Shown: positions 39,121 through 51,621 of the stretch, one piece after another | Layout: every line of letters starts with the position of its first letter | How positions within the stretch are numbered: the stretch's first letter is position 1 | Origin: Torpedo marmorata | Lineage: Eukaryota | NCBI GenBank assembly: GCA_977017645.1 | Contig: OZ360222.1 | Span: 211,296,001-211,360,000, forward strand | Direction of reading: 5' to 3' | Length of the DNA: 64,000 bases | Position numbers and translations under genes: made by a program | The notes under the pieces: generated by a model | What the model saw: the letters and a program-made list of their open reading frames with translations, nothing else | Told to the model about the DNA's origin: nothing | Databases searched by the model: none

Positions 39121-39826
39121 TCAGATTTTCAAATTTCAGATGTATTGCAGAGTACATACATGACATCACATACAACCCTGAGATTCTTTTTCCTGCAGGC
39201 AAGGCAGAATTACCACTTATTGGTAGTGCAAAAGAAAAACTGTACACAACGTAAACATGTAAACAAATAAAGAAATGTAAACAAACTGACTGTGCAATAC
39301 AGAGAGAAAAAAATCAATAAAGTGCAAAAGTAAGAGTTCTTAAATGAGTCCCTGATTGAGTTTGGAGGGGTAGCAGCTGTTCCTGAACCTGGTGGTGCGA
39401 GTCTTGTGGCACCTATACCTCTTTCCTGATGGTAGCAGTGAGAATACTGCGTGGTGCTGGGTGGTGTGGATCCTTGATGATTGCTGCTGCTCTCTGACGG
39501 CAGCGTTCCCTGTAGATATTCTTGATGGTGGGGAGGGTTTTGCCTGTGATGTCCTGGGCTGTGTCCACTACCTTTTGCAGGCTTTACGCTCAGGGGTATT
39601 GGTGTCCCCATATCTGACCATGATGCAGCCGGTCAGCACACTTTTCTCCACACATCTGAAGAAATTTGCCAGGGTTTACGATGTCATACCAAACCTCCGC
39701 AAACTCCTGAGGAAGTAGAGGCGCTGACGCGCTTTCTTCATGATGCCATTAGTGTGTTGGATCCAGGAAAGATCTTCTGAGATAGTGACTCCCAAGAAGT
39801 TAAATTTGCTCACCCTCTCCACCTCC
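39121..39826 (-). mobile_element. Rex1-like LINE subfamily D, 3' fragment
   Basis: [27 protein letters not shown] motifs; 3' UTR shared with 43455-43982. Confidence 0.85.
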
Positions 39827-40913
39827 CATTGAACCTTATCCTACTTCGATTTGTAAGAATATATTTAATGTATTTTTCAGTACTCTACTGAAGTATCATC
39901 ATGTTCTAAATGGTCAAATGTTGAAATGGAGCTTTTGTCTATAACTCAGGAACTAGACCACGACAATCCATCAAGTACAAGTGGTTCCAGAACAGTGTGT
40001 GTAAAAGCTTGGCAGCAAGGCATGAATTTGGCTTTTGAATGAGGATGAGGTAAGACCTGGCTTTGAAAGACATGATAATGCAATGCAAGAAAAATAAATA
40101 ACAGAAAAATCAACAGTGAAGTCCAAAAGTAGTGTGTGACAGAAGTGAAAGATGAAGCAATCTGTCTCTACACCATTCCCGAAAGTCTCAGCAGCACCTT
40201 CAATCAATTCTTATAGTCCTACCACAGAGGGGAAAGAATGACTAATTGTCCAGATACTTCAAAGAACAGTAGCAATGAAATCAAACCTTTTACTTACTAT
40301 TCCATAACTCCCTACTCACTCCCCCTTCCATCGCCACCCCTCCACCCACTCCACGCCCCCGCCCCTCCAAAGCTCCTTATGTTTGCAGGAACAACATAAG
40401 AGTTCCTTCTCTTTTCTAATTGTCAATTGCGCAGAGACATGTAGATTTGTTTCCCCCCCCCCATCTTGCTTTTATTGCCAAATAAAGATGAAGTCTTAAA
40501 GCAATTCACCATTGAGAAAATAGATGCTTTCAATCTTGACCCCAAGAGGAGCTTCATATCTGCCCAAGATTTCTGTTCCTGTCTCAGTGCCATGATGAAA
40601 TGTAACCTTTATTGTCACCAGACTGAAAAATTCCAAGGTTCTCCTGCTAGGTGCCCCACCTTTCACACTCTATCAACAGGAGTTGTACCATACCCACCTC
40701 AGCCTAAACCCTATTCACAAATCTCCCTTGTATTCAGCGATCCATGTTGGCCTCTACTCTAGCAACACCAGACTTACACAATTCTGCACCTCCTTTTCAA
40801 ATTCTGCAATGGCCTCAGCCTTCCTATTCCCTGTAATACCTTCCAGTTCTTCATCCCTCAAAAATATCCAGTTCTGCCCTCTTATGCAGCCCTGATTTTA
40901 ATCATTCTGATCT

Positions 40914-41168
40914 TTTGACAGCACCAACAGCCTGAATACGACTGGGATTGTCTGATCTCGGAAGCTAAGCAGGCACAGGACCGGTCAGTACTTGGAGGGG
41001 AGACTGCCTAGGAACACCAGATGCTGTAGGTTTCTATGAGGGGCGCTGGACAAAGTAGTGACCCTCTGTCTGCCTTATGGTAGACAAAAATTAAAGAATT
41101 TCATGTTACATTGTTACATTCTAAATGTAGTATTACGTGACAATAATGGAACCTTTACCTTTACCTTT
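40914..41168 (+). mobile_element. 5S rRNA-derived SINE (SINE3 type)
   Basis: 40914-41033 aligns to 5S rRNA (TCTGATCTCGGAAGCTAAGCAGG, AGTACTTGGA.GGGAGAC, GCTGTAGG), followed by a unique body, GAATTTCATG...TGACAATAA and an (ACCTTT)3 tail. Confidence 0.8.
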
Positions 41169-43454
41169 CTCCAACTTTACAGACTTTATGCTATAGAATT
41201 TCTTTGATAAAACCTTCCACATCTCTGCCCTTTGGCTTATCTTTCATCTTTTAGGTGAATCCTTCAAATCTATCTCCCTGACTGATCACATGTCCTAACA
41301 TCTCCTTATGTGATTTAATTAAGTTCAATGTATTAGCAATCTTGTGAAGCATCTTGCACATCTTATAGCTTAAAAGCACAATATAAACACAGCACCCAGA
41401 ACAATATTATTGACGAAGATAACTCCAGGTTTGGTTTTTAACCATCTTAGATTATTAATGGAAGAGACTATAAGATTTTTTTTAAGTTGAAGGATGAGAA
41501 GAGTGATCAAAGTTTAAAAAATTAGAGTCTATGAGAATGAGACAGGAGAGGACATATTCTGGAGAGAAAATTGACAAGGATGTAGATAATCAGAGACATG
41601 GAGGATTCATCACTGACTGCAGTGATCCAACTCCCTGTTCAAAGAATGACTCTTACCTTAGGTCCTCCTCTATACCATCTGTTATATCCATGCATAAATA
41701 ACACCAAAGACAGCAAAATAATGATGTTATGCTGTCACTGGAAGAAAATAGGCTCAACCCTCAATAATGCCAACATTTTATCTATCTTGGAGTCTGCACT
41801 ATATTCCCCACACAGCCACAGATGGAAACAAAATTAATTCACTGAACAGGAATTGGATCATAGCCACAATGCTATAAACACCTATTATATCATAGAAGAG
41901 AACTTTGCCCAAGAAAGAGAAACTTACTTTAAATTTCACAAAAACATTTGAGGCTTATACAGCTGTTCCTTGGCTAACAGTTTTTCATTCAGTACATAGC
42001 TATCAGAGCCTAATAACAAACCATTATGGCTTTCCACTTGAGTTGACTCATGGTTTCACTAACATTGAGCCTTCATCATTGTCATATTCTATGTGATATT
42101 TCCATGCTATTTTTCCACATTTATTTCTCTTATTTGATATCTTTTTTAAATCAATAATGTTTATGATTTTACATAGTCCATATATCTCAGTATATATCTA
42201 TACCTGTGATCCACATCTTTCAGTTGTCAAGTTAAATTGACAGCTGCTGTTAACTCAGATCTTGCAGCACCCTTTCACCTAATAACTCTGAGTGAGATCT
42301 TCAAGGGTTAGAACTGTTCAAGGATTGAAGTGAAGGGAGACACAAAACATACTGATATCTAAAAATATCAAATTAAATGGACTTCATGATTCACCCTTAT
42401 GCTGATTTATTTCTCAGGCAGCTTGGTAACTCTGAAGGTCAAGGACTTCCCTCCCGATGAGACTGTTTTACTGATTTCCATTCAAAGACTGCCTTTCTCG
42501 CTAATCTGCTTGCACTGGTCAAACAAGTTATTTAACCAAGCCTCAAATCTCTGTCTTCAATCCTTCAGGTTGGAAGAGAAATTAAACAACGTCATACGCT
42601 GATACTTCTCAGAAGCATCCTGCTGCCAGCCTGTTTCACAATGATATCTCATTGAGGACTAGGCTACCAGACCACACCCAGATGCATTGACAGGTGAAAA
42701 CTGTGGGTGAGGCATGATCTCTCTGATATTTGTTTCTAGTTAACTCTTTCATCTTTCACAAGTTTTCCAAATTTCACCTTTCTCTTTCCTTCTCTGAATG
42801 AAATGTTACTTGACATGCACTCTGGACAGGTTCTCTGTTCCCCTGAAACGTTGATGATTAAATCCTCACATTTACCTTCAAATCTCTCAGTGGTCTTACC
42901 GTACCCTCTCTTCTCTACTTCCCCTCCGCTAACCAATTCACACCCTTCATTTCTGGCTTCATTGTACTTTCTTTGATTTGGTTGTGGTTTATTTGGTCGC
43001 ACATTCACCCCTGAATTATGAAGGCCCCAGCTTCAAGTACCACTCCAGAAAATTAAGCACAAAATCTAGGCTGACATTTCATCTCAGCAACAAGCGAGTG
43101 CTGTACTGTGAGGTATGCCATTGTTTGTTGAGACATTAAAGTCCTTCTGCAAACATATATAAAGAATTCTAGGGCACTGTTCCAAAAAGGATCAGGTGAG
43201 TTGTTCCCAATGTCCTGATAAATTAGTATGCATAAAATAGATGAAGTGCTCATTATCATATTGCTGTTGATGAAGCTTGCTGCATACAAATTTGGTGCCA
43301 CCTTTCATAGTTTATGTAGCTCAGAAAGTATTTTATTGGAAGTAAACTGTGTTGGTCATTGTGAAAGGGAAAGACAGCATAACATAGAACAGCCATTCTC
43401 AATGAGGATCCTACGGCCCCCCTAAAGGCCACAGCACATTTAAGTAAAAGGCTT

Positions 43455-43982
43455 ATATGACTTTGAAAACCTTGGCAAATTTCTACAGATGTGTAGTGAA
43501 TACATCTCAGGACATCACAGGCAAAACACTCCCCATCATCGAGAAAATCTACATGGAATGCTGCCGTCGGCGAGCAGCAGCAACCATCAAGGATCCACAC
43601 CACCCAGCACATGCTCTGTTCTTTCTGCTGCCATCAGGAAAGGGGTACAGGTGCCACAAGATTCGAACCACCAGGTTCAGGAACAGTTGCTACCCCTCCA
43701 CCATTAGACTCCTAAATAACAAACTCAATCAGAGACTCATTGAAGGACTCTTACTTTGCACATTATTTATTTTTGACTATTTATTTTCTGTACTGCACAG
43801 TTTGTTTGCACTTCCTTCGTGTTTACATTTCTCTCTTTTGTACACGTATTTTTTCTTTAGTACATTTTTTTTTTGCACTACCGATAAGTAGAAATTCTGC
43901 CTGGCCTGCAGGAAAAAGAATCTCAGGGATGTATATAATGTCATGTATATACTCTGACAATAAATCTGAACTTTGAACTTTG
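43455..43982 (+). mobile_element. Rex1-like LINE subfamily D, 3' fragment with internal deletion
   Basis: KTLANFYRCV, KDPHHPAH, LPSGKGYR; AATAAATCTGAACTTTGAACTTTG tail. Confidence 0.85.
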
Positions 43983-44488
43983 TTTTCTTTTCACCTCATG
44001 CAACATTAATATTTTTAATGTTTTTTATATAGTCGGTAGGAGAGAAGTACGGAAGAAACCAAAACGACTGCTTCAAGGGGAAGGAGGCCCATAAACATTG
44101 AGCAAAGTGCTAAGGGGGCCATAGCCAAAAAAAAAGGTTGAGAATATCTGACATAGAACATAGAACATTACAGCACAGGAACAAGCCCTTCAGATCAACT
44201 ATCTGCATTGACTATGATGCCAAATTAACCTAATCCCTGCACATGGTCTGTATCCCTCTACTTTGTTCATATGCCTAACTCAAGTTTTTCTTCTGTGCAC
44301 TTTGTGACAGATCCCAGATTCTCCTCTGCAAATCTTTCCTCTAGTATTTCATTTTACTTTAAAGCATCCTCAGCCTTTCAAATTAATCTTTCTGAAACTC
44401 TTCTAATATGGATCTTTGCTCCATGAGCAACAATATAAAGATGCCCCATCATATTGATGCCCTTCTGCAGCTTTGCTATTAACATTCC

Positions 44489-45081
44489 TGTAAGAGCCGT
44501 AAACTTAATTACCTACCTTGGCCGCGGCGCTCCGATGGTCTCGGCGGGTTACGGAGGAGTCGCGGTGTTTGGTGGGCCATGCTAGGACTATTTTGTGTTC
44601 TGCGCGTGCGTGGGAGTGCCGATGGGTGCATGCGGAGTTGGGAAGTTACGGTAGTATGGGCGGTGGAGTGTGTGCGGTGGAGTATGCGCGGTGTGGTATG
44701 CGCGGTGGAATGTGTGCGGTGGGCATGCGCGAATTGGGGTAAAAAGAATAGGAAAAGATGGCGACGGAGGAGGGTGAGTGAGATCGCCATATCTTTCATT
44801 CACCTTTTAAACTCGTTTCATTTATGGTTTAAAGTCGTTACATTGAACATTTAAATACAGTCAAAGGAATCGTTTAAAGGAATTCATTAAACATCGTTAT
44901 CAAGAACTGTTTCTATTTTGTTTAAAGAAGATATTTAAGTCATTGAAGATTGCTGCAAGTCACGTGTGTAAATAAAGTTTTTTTAACATATCGGACTTTG
45001 TTAGTAAATTAATTGAAACGCGTCAAAAACAAGTATCTCACCTAGCCTCCAAGTGACTATTGTTGGATTGAAGTCACTATA
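44489..45081 (+). repeat. BEL 5' LTR (593 bp)
   Basis: TGTAAGAGCC...GTCACTATA; direct repeat of 62426-62990 with two extra 14-bp units. Confidence 0.92.
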
Positions 45082-45530
45082 TAATTAGTCAATAAAAGTG
45101 ATTGTTTGGAACAGAAAATTGAAGGAAATAAGATAGAATAATCTCTCTGTGCTTTGGACTGATATTTAAAATAAAATGGTGGCCATCTTGGAGATGCCTC
45201 GAGTTGGGGGCAGTTTGTAATCCACATCCATCTGCCATGAGTAACAGCCAGAGAGGGATTTAAAGCTTCAAATCTTATAGTAAAGTGTTCTATAAATACG
45301 TTGGAAAAAACATTTTTGGAAAATCAGCGATATTATTGACGGATGTTGTGGTTGAAACTCATTTGTGAATAGCAGCACATTACAGTCATCTGAAGTGGTA
45401 GGCATAAGTCTGTGGACTCCTTCTGTGTATCTTTGGCAAGTTAGAACACAGATTGGATTTGCTGCCGCTGGTCCATTGGGGACTGTTGATTTGGCTGGTG
45501 TTGTGTATGCTTGAAGGACAGTGGAACAAG

Positions 45531-47901
45531 ATGAGTAAAATGGCCGCAGCAGCCTCTGATACAGCAGCCACTGATATATCAGCAGCTGACGCAGCAACCG
45601 CTGATGTTGCTGTTAAGGACCAACGTATTGAAGACATGAAGGTTGCGGATATTAAAAAAAAATTGAAGAGACTGAAACAAGATATAAGTGAAAATAAAAA
45701 GGTTCTCATCGCAAGATTGAAGCTGGCAAAGGAAGAAGAAGCAGCTTTGTTAGATGAACAAGAAGATAACGTGCAAATGGCTGAAATTGTGTCACCAAAT
45801 GAAGAGGATGAAGAAAATGAAGAGGATGAAGAAAATGAAGAGTGTGAAGAAAATGAAGAGGTTGAAGAGGATGAAGAAAAAGAAGAGGATGAAGATGCAA
45901 AGGATGTACAATTCGAATTGGAGATGGAGGTAAGTATGAAGACAACATATGACCTGCAGGACGAAATACAAGCAAGTGACAGTGTCTCAAATGCTGAAAG
46001 CAGGAGAAGCAAACAAAGTTCTGGTTTGAGCTCCAGAGTTTCTCGTACTTCAAGTTCTACATTGTCACGTACGAAGATTGATGTTAACTTGGCCGCTCTT
46101 CTTGCACAACAAAAAACACTTAAGGATAAACATATTTTAGAACAAAAGGAGGAGCAGCTAAGACAAAAGGAGGAGCAGCTAAAGGAGCAGATAAGACAAA
46201 ATGAGGAGCAGCTGAAGGAGCAGATAAGGCAAGAGAAGGAGCAGCTAAGACAGAGAAAAGAAGAGCAGGAGCTGGAAGCAAACATTACTATTGCAAAAGC
46301 AAAAAAGAAAGCAATAGAAGGCTCAATGGTATCTGGTGCTAGAAGTAAATTATCTAAAGTGTCTGATAATAAAAGGTCATATTTAAAAAAAGAGTCGCAG
46401 GAAAAGAAACCAACCAAAAGGGTAGATATTTTAGAACCAGAGGTACAAGAATTGCAAATACAAGGACAAATCCTTCAAGAGCATATTGGTATCGAGTCAC
46501 ATGTACCAGTGGTAACATCTGAAGACAAAGCTGCCGCTTGGATTTGGTTGGACGATGCAGCTCCCTTGTTATTTGAGTCAAGCATCAAAAATATGGAAAA
46601 AACTACACCAATGAGGTTTCCAGATACATTACCTGTAACAAGAGGCGGTGAACAGAACAATGTATTGTCATCAAAAGGAAGACAAAATGAAATTGCTGCA
46701 TCATTGATTTAGTTACAGTCTCTCTCTTCTTTACCCAAGAAAGAGATACAAACTTTTGATGGTGATCCACTTCAGTACCAATCATTTATGAGATCTTTCA
46801 AACGCAATATTGAAAATAAATGCCAAGATCGTGATGAATGTCTTTATTATTTGGAAATGTTCATAAAGGGACATCCAAAAGAACTTGTAAAGAGTTGTCA
46901 ACATATGTCTTCAGAAAGAGGATTAGACAGAGCAAAGGCTTTACTAGAACAACATTTTGGCAACATGCATCGAATTGCTTTAGCTTATATGGATAAAGAT
47001 CTTAAATGGACATCAATAAAACAAAATGATGTAAAGGCTCTACAAGAATATACTCTATATTTAAGAGGATGTTGTAATGCCATGGAAGATATCGATAATA
47101 TTCGTGAGCTTGAAGTGCCTGGTAATATGCGAATCATCTTAGAAAGATTACCTTACAAGTTGTGGGATAGATTGAGAAATTTGGCTTGTGGTACACAAGA
47201 AAATTATAGTCGAAGAGCTACCTTAAAGGATTTTGTAAATTTTCTTGAACGACAGGTGTACATTGAAACAGATCCAATATATGGAAATATTAGAGACAAT
47301 TCAATAGGGAACAAAGATGTAAGGAGGTCTAACTCACAGCCTAGTCTGAAATTGAAAAGGAGTACTTTTGCTACTAATGTGTCAGTTATAAATAAAGAAA
47401 AGGACAAAGTAAATAAGGAAAAGGAAAGTTGCCTGATGAAAAGAGTTGTTTGTTCTGTAAAGGTGGACATGCTTTGGAAATGTGTTTACAGTTGGAAAAG
47501 AAGGAACATAATGAGAAGATCGCTTTCTTAAAGGAAAATGGAATATGTTTTAGCTGTCTGTGTAAAGGGCACGTCAGTAAAAACTGCGAGAAGCGAATTA
47601 ATTGTAACATATGTAAGTTGAAACATCCTAGAATTTTGCATATCCAACAAAGAAACAAGGAATTGGAAAAGGAGCAAACAGAAACAAAGGAAAGAACAGA
47701 AAACAATGTTATAATCTCGGTTCAGACAAGTGGTCTTACTGGGGCCGGTGTGAATAATTGCAGACTTTCAATAGTGCCTGTACGTCAAGACCAAGAAAGG
47801 GGATGCAACAGTACATACATATGCATTTCTCGACCCAGGCAGTACTGCATCTTTTTGCACGGAAGGACTAATGAACAAACTTAATATTCAAGGAAGAAGA
47901 T
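45531..47901 (+). pseudogene. BEL/Pao Gag and protease N-terminus (SAP-like motif, acidic tract, coiled coil, DUF1759-type capsid region, three zinc knuckles)
   Basis: LPKKEIQTFDGDPLQY; CLFCKGGHALEMC, CFSCLCKGHVSKNC, CNICKLKHPRILH; TYAFLDPGSTASF; one in-frame TAG at 46710 and frameshifts near 47440 and 47780. Confidence 0.9.
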
Positions 47902-49238
47902 TAGTGTGAGCTGCCTCAACGACTACCGGCCAGTAGCACTAACTTCTACTGTGATGAAATGCTTTGAGAGGCTGGTCATGGCCAGAATTAACACATACCT
48001 AAGCAAAGATCTGGACCCACTGCAATTCGCCTATCGCCACAATCGCTCCACAGCAGATGCAATACCGCTGGCTCTCCACTCAGCTCTGGACCACCTCGAA
48101 AACAGCAATTCATACATACGGTTGCTCTTCATCGACTACAGCTCGACCTTCAATACCATTATTCCCTCAGTGCTGGTCAAGAAGCTACAAACTCTAGGCC
48201 TCTGTACCCCCCTCTGCAACTGGATCCTTGACTTTCTCATCGGAAGACCTCAGTCAGTACGAATTGGAAACAACGTCTCCTCCTCACTGATTATCAACAC
48301 AGGTGCACCCCAAGGATGCGTGCTTAGTCCACTGCTCTACTCGTTATACACTCATGACTGTGTGGCCAGGCACAATTCCAATGCCATACACAAGTTTGCC
48401 GATGACACCACAGTTGTCAGCAGAATCACAAACGGCAATGAGGAAGCGTACAGGAGGGAGATAGATTAGCTCGTTGAATGGTGTAATGGCAACAACCTTG
48501 AGATCAACATCAGCAAAACCAAGGAGATGATTATGGACTTCAGGAGGAAGTCAGGGGAACACGACCCAGTCCTCATCGAGGGCTCAGCAGTGGAGAGGGT
48601 CAAGAACTTCAAATTCCTGGGTGTCAACATCTCCGAGGATCTGTCCTGGAGCATCCACGTAGATGCAATCACAAAGAACGCTCGTCAGCGGCTATACTTT
48701 ATGAGGTGTTTGCGGAGATTCGGTATGTCACCAAAGACTCTCGTAAACTTCTACAGGTGTACCGTGGAGAGCATTCTGGCTGGTTGCATCACTGCCTGGT
48801 ATGGAGGCGCCAACTCCCAGGACAAGAGTATACTCCAGAAGGTTGTTAACTCGGCCTGTGACATCACAGGCACCAAACTTCACTCCATCGAGGACATCTA
48901 CATGAGGCGGTGTCTTAAAAAAGCAGCCTCTATCCTCAAGGACCCCCACCACCCAGGTCATGCCCTCTTCACTCTGCTTCCATCGGGAAAAAGGTACAGG
49001 AGCCTAAAGACGAGCACTCAACGGCACAAGGACAGCTTCTTCCCCGCTGCCATCAGATCCTGAATAATCAATGAACCAAAGACACTGCCTTACTTTTCGT
49101 GCACTATTGTTTATAATTTTTTATAGTAATGTCATTAGATGGTTAATATGAATGTTAATTGCACTATGATGCTGCTGCAAAACACCGAATTTCATGACTT
49201 GTTCATGACAATAAATTCTGATTCTGATTCTGATTCTG
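47902..49238 (+). mobile_element. Rex1/Babar LINE subfamily A, 5'-truncated, in BEL protease
   Basis: RT motifs, stop at ~48467, (ATTCTG)n tail; BEL resumes IILKTMGQ. Confidence 0.94.
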
Positions 49239-49414
49239 AATTATATTGAAAACTATGGGACAAGAAAAGGTCGTTGAAACCAGCATTGTTAAAGGCTTAG
49301 AGGTTGCTGGATTGGATGACAAAAAATTTTGTGATCTTCCAATGTTATATACTCAGAAGACTATGCCTATGCATGAAGGAAACATTCCTCATCAAAATGA
49401 TGTACATCATTTAT
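49239..49414 (+). pseudogene. BEL protease segment between two Rex1 insertions
   Basis: LKTMGQEKVVETSIVKGLEVAGLDDKKFCDLPMLYTQKTMP is collinear BEL protease-region sequence. Confidence 0.8.
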
Positions 49415-51618
49415 CTCGACCACTGCTACATCACCGTGAAGAACGCATACCGAGCCATACCACGACTGCACTTCGGCAAGTCTGATCACCTGGCTGTACT
49501 TCTACTCCTGGCGTACAAGCAGAGACTGAAGACCACAGCACCAGTGGTGAGGACGGCGAAAGTATGGTCGAGGGGGGCAGAGGAGCGTCTGCAGGACTGC
49601 TATGAATCGGTGGATTGGAACATATTCAAGCAATCAGCCATAGACCTAAATGAATATGCAACAGGTGTCACTGACTTCATCAAGACCTGCGTGGATGAGT
49701 GTGTGCCCACGCGCAAACACAGGGTGTTCCCCAACCAGAAGCCCTGGATGAATCAGAGAATTCGCAACCTGCTGAGGATGAGAACAAGGGCGTTTAAGGC
49801 CAGGAACCGGGATCTTTACAAGAAGTCCAGGCACGACCTGCGGAAGGCCATCTCTGAAGCAAAGTGGCAATTCCGGAGGAAGCTAGAGACAGAGACAGAT
49901 ACACGCCAGCTATGGCAGGGAGTGCAGGCCATTACAGCCTACAAAGCGAGGGTGAACACTATAGATGGCGATGATGCTTCACTAACCGATGAGCTGAACA
50001 CCTTCTATGCCCGCTTTGAGAAGGAGAACAAAACAGTGCCTACTAGAATCCCTGAAAAAGGCTGAGGACCCTGTGATATCTGTCTCTGAGGGCGACGTCA
50101 GAACATCATTCAAGAGGGTGAACCCTCGCAAGGCGTCAGGCCCTAACGGCGTACCTGGCAGGGTACTGAAAATCTGCGCAACCAACTAGCTGGAGTGTTC
50201 ACGGACGTTCTCAACCTCTCATTGCGGAAGTTAGAGGTTCCCACCTGATTCAAAAGGGCATCAATCATCCCGGTACCCAAGATGAGTAGTGTGGGCTGCC
50301 TCAACGACTACCGCCCAGTAGCACTCACTTCTACTGTGATGAAATGCTTTAAGAGGCTGGTCATGGCCAGAATTAACACATACCTAAGCAAAGTTCTAGA
50401 CCCACAGCAATTCGCCTATCGCCACAATCGCTCCACAGCAGATGCAATACCGCTGGCTCTCCACTCAGTTCTGGACCACCTTGAAAACAGCAATTCATAC
50501 ATACGGTTGCTCTTCATCGACTACAGATCGGCCTTCAATACCATTATTCCCTCAGTGCTGGTCAAGAAGCTACAAACTCTAGGCCTCTGTACCCCACTCT
50601 ACAACTGGATCCTTGACTTTCTCATCGGAAGACCACAGTCAGTACGAATTGGAAACAACGTCTCCTCCTCACTGATTATCAACACAGGCGCACCTCAAGG
50701 ATGCGTGCTTAGTCCACTGCTCTACTCGTTATACACTCATGACAGTGTGGCCAGGCACAATTCCAATGCCATATACAAGTTTGCCGATGACACCATATTT
50801 GTTGGCAGAATCACAAACGGCAATGAGGAAGCGTACAGGAGGGAGATAGATCAGCTCGTTGAATGGTGTAATGGCAATAACCTTGAGCTCAACATCAGCA
50901 AAACCAAGGAGATGATTATGGACTTCAGGAGGAAGTCAGGGGAACACGACCCAGTCCTCATCGAGGGCTCAGTAGTGGAGAGGATTAAGAACTTCAAATT
51001 CCTGGGTGTCAACATCTCTGAGGATCTGTCCTGGAGCATCCACGTGGATGCAATCACAAAGAACGCTCGTCAGCGGCTATACTTTGTGAGGTGTTTGCGG
51101 AGATTCGGTATGTCACCAAAGACTCTCGTAAACTTCTACAGGTGTACCGTGGAGAGCATTCTGGCTGATTGCATCACTGCCTGGTATGGAGGCGCCAACT
51201 CCCAGGACAAGAGTAAACTCCAGAAGGTTGTTAACTCGGCCTGTGACATCACAGGCACCAAACTTCACTCCATCGAGGACATCTACATGAGGCGGTGTCT
51301 TAAAAAAGCAGCCTCTATCCTCAAGGACCCCCATCACTCAGGCCATGCCCTCTTCACTCTGCTTCCATCGGGAAAAAGGTACAGGAGCCTAAAGACGAGC
51401 ACTCAACGGCACAAGGACAGCTTCTTCCCCGCTGCCATCAGATCCTGAATAATCAATGAACCAAAGACACTGCCTTACTTTTCGTGCACTATTGTTTATA
51501 ATTTTTTATAGTAATGTAATTAGATGGTTAATATGAATGTTAATTGCACTATGATGCTGCCGCAAAACACCGAATTTCATGACTTGTTCATGACAATAAA
51601 TTCTGATTCTGATTCTGA
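49415..51618 (+). mobile_element. Rex1/Babar LINE subfamily A, 5'-truncated within the endonuclease
   Basis: HFGKSDH, KPWMN, RT ORF 50282-51448, (ATTCTG)n tail; TTATCT on both flanks (49411-49416, 51621-51626). Confidence 0.94.
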
Positions 51619-51621
51619 TCT

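Noticed and set aside
40914-41033. Functional 5S rRNA gene
   Set aside because: Many substitutions including in box C, no T4 terminator, single copy, and it continues into a SINE-like tail.
45082-45100. BEL primer-binding site
   Set aside because: TAATTAGTCAATAAAAGTG has no clear TGG tRNA complement, so no tRNA could be assigned.
45386-46417. 343-aa Ser/Phe/Cys-rich minus-strand ORF
   Set aside because: Antisense shadow of the Glu/Lys-rich Gag repeats.
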